DNA of 7,361 nucleotides from a virus (Duplodnaviria; Heunggongvirae; Uroviricota; Caudoviricetes): IMG/VR virus record IMGVR_UViG_2778261543_000006, positions 1 to 7,361 of that record; one strand, 5' to 3'. Shown piece by piece: positions 6,255 to 7,361 of this stretch (position 1 is its first letter; each line of letters starts with the position of its first letter). The notes under the pieces were generated by a model. It saw only the letters and a program-made list of their open reading frames with translations, ran no database searches and was not told where the DNA came from. The position numbers and the translations under genes were made by a program.

Positions 6255-7306
6255 TTATGAGCCAGGATGTGTGCAAACTGCCGAAATAACAGTGACGGCT
6301 TGCTGTAAGCTTTGCTTCGGCAATACATAGTGCGCAATGCAGCGTGAGTTCGCGCCGTCTCCCCACTGAACCAGTAATTCACCAGACAATGGCGCACCAC
6401 TTAAATAAACTTGCCCGTCATCACCCACATACTGGTTATTCCGATACTGTTTTCCCGTACCAGTGATCCAAACGGCACCGGTTTTCCGCCCTGGGTAACG
6501 GTAATGAGCGCCCGCACGCCTATGCGGGTATCAAAATTGGCACGAACCAACGCGCCTTGCGTCGGCACAACGCTGCTAATATTTTTTTCAACATCGATGG
6601 AATTCCCCATCGTATTGGTATCAAGCGCGATACGGTTATACCGATAAACCGTGGCATACGGCATCACCGCATAGCCGCGCCAGTCGGTTAAAATGCCAGT
6701 TTGATTTTCAATGCGTACACCGCCTGCGCCAGGCGCTTTAATCAAAACATTGGTATCCCCTAAAGGCTGGCTCAGCGTTATGCCATTTTCATGCCCGACC
6801 ACACCGCCAGACAGCTGCCAGTTAACGTCATGTTGATCGCGGTCGTAGTTATACCCGACCCCCAGCGTAGCGTAAGCGGCCTGCCAGTTTGCCGTGGCGC
6901 TGCCCGTATACCCATTATTCGAGGTATCACCCTGGCTTACGTGATAACTCAGGTTGTGGCCTTCCAGTAAGGTCCCACCTACACCTGCCAGCCAGCTATT
7001 TTGCCCGTTGCTGTTACGGTTGGCGTTAAAGGAGGCATAAGCGCGGTCGAGCGCATTTTCCCGGGTGTAGCGACGTTTGGTCAGAACATTGAAAGGCACT
7101 GAAACATTAAGTCCGACAATACGTTCGTTATCGGGGATCCCTACAGATTCATTCCACGAAAATGAGAGTGAATAACTGATGCCAACCCAGCTGCTGGTAT
7201 ACCCCACCTGATACCAGGTATCTGAATCCGAAGTATTCCAGTATTTTTGATGGGTACCAGAGATATAAAGCGAGCCAAAGTCATTAAGTGATTGTGAAAT
7301 ATTTAA
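6255..7306 (-). pseudogene. sfmD: sfmD fimbrial usher, C-terminal ~350 codons only: 5'-truncated at the inverted-repeat junction (~7306) and frameshifted near 6434-6442
   Basis: ORF 6401..7330 encodes usher-like sequence (…[26 protein letters not shown]…[11 protein letters not shown]), homologous to the FimD C-terminal half as recalled. The conserved usher C-terminal tail ([40 protein letters not shown]…THPGS*) is encoded in a different frame, ending at 6255-6257 just before the sfmH RBS. The N-terminal ~500 codons of a full usher are absent. Confidence 0.8.
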
Positions 7307-7359
7307 GGAAGGTGCGAATAAGCAGGTCATTTCTTCCCAAGCTGACTCGCTGATTAAAA
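7307..7359. repeat. Right arm of the 53-bp terminal inverted repeat; O-gene-derived sequence joined to the sfmD interior
   Basis: Exact reverse complement of 1-53. On the top strand it reads as O sense codons ([17 protein letters not shown]) heading rightward off the window. Inward of 7306 the sequence is usher coding sequence with no homology to O. Confidence 0.95.
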
Positions 7360-7361
7360 TT

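Noticed and set aside
6160-6366. 68-aa minus-strand ORF
   Set aside because: Overlaps the sfmD C-terminal tail and the sfmH start in a third frame, with no RBS.
6411-6647. 78-aa plus-strand ORF
   Set aside because: Antisense to the conserved usher coding sequence.
6401-7330. ORF-track call of a 309-aa protein starting MTCLFAPSL as an intact gene
   Set aside because: The ATG and first 8 codons are encoded by the O-derived inverted repeat. The rest is an internal usher fragment with no signal peptide, and the true C-terminal tail is in another frame. Treated as an sfmD pseudogene fragment.
1-7361. CRISPR array, rRNA or IS element
   Set aside because: No short direct-repeat/spacer periodicity, no rRNA-like sequence and no transposase ORF were seen. 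The only notable repeat is the 53-bp terminal inverted pair, which derives from O coding sequence.

Overview
This window looks like an Escherichia coli-type chromosomal locus in which a degraded lambdoid prophage sits at the tRNA-Arg(UCU) gene argU, next to fimZ and the 3' end of the sfm fimbrial operon. Reading left to right: an N-terminal fragment of a lambda O-like replication gene (minus strand, running off the left edge); an intact lambda-like gam; a bet gene truncated after 119 codons and fused in frame to an unrelated tail; a run of small phage accessory ORFs including a TraR/DksA-type zinc-finger protein; an excisionase-like ORF; an IntD-like tyrosine integrase; argU; fimZ; sfmF; sfmH; and a 5'-truncated, frameshifted sfmD usher gene. 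No cI/cro/N/cII immunity region, CRISPR array, rRNA or recognisable IS element is present. The most unusual feature is that the first 53 bp and bases 7307-7359 are perfect reverse complements. The left copy is native O coding sequence; the right copy is joined to the interior of sfmD. This suggests either a real rearrangement placing inverted O-derived repeats around the segment, or a contig bounded by a collapsed repeat. All homology statements are from reading translated ORFs and recalling protein families; no database search was run.
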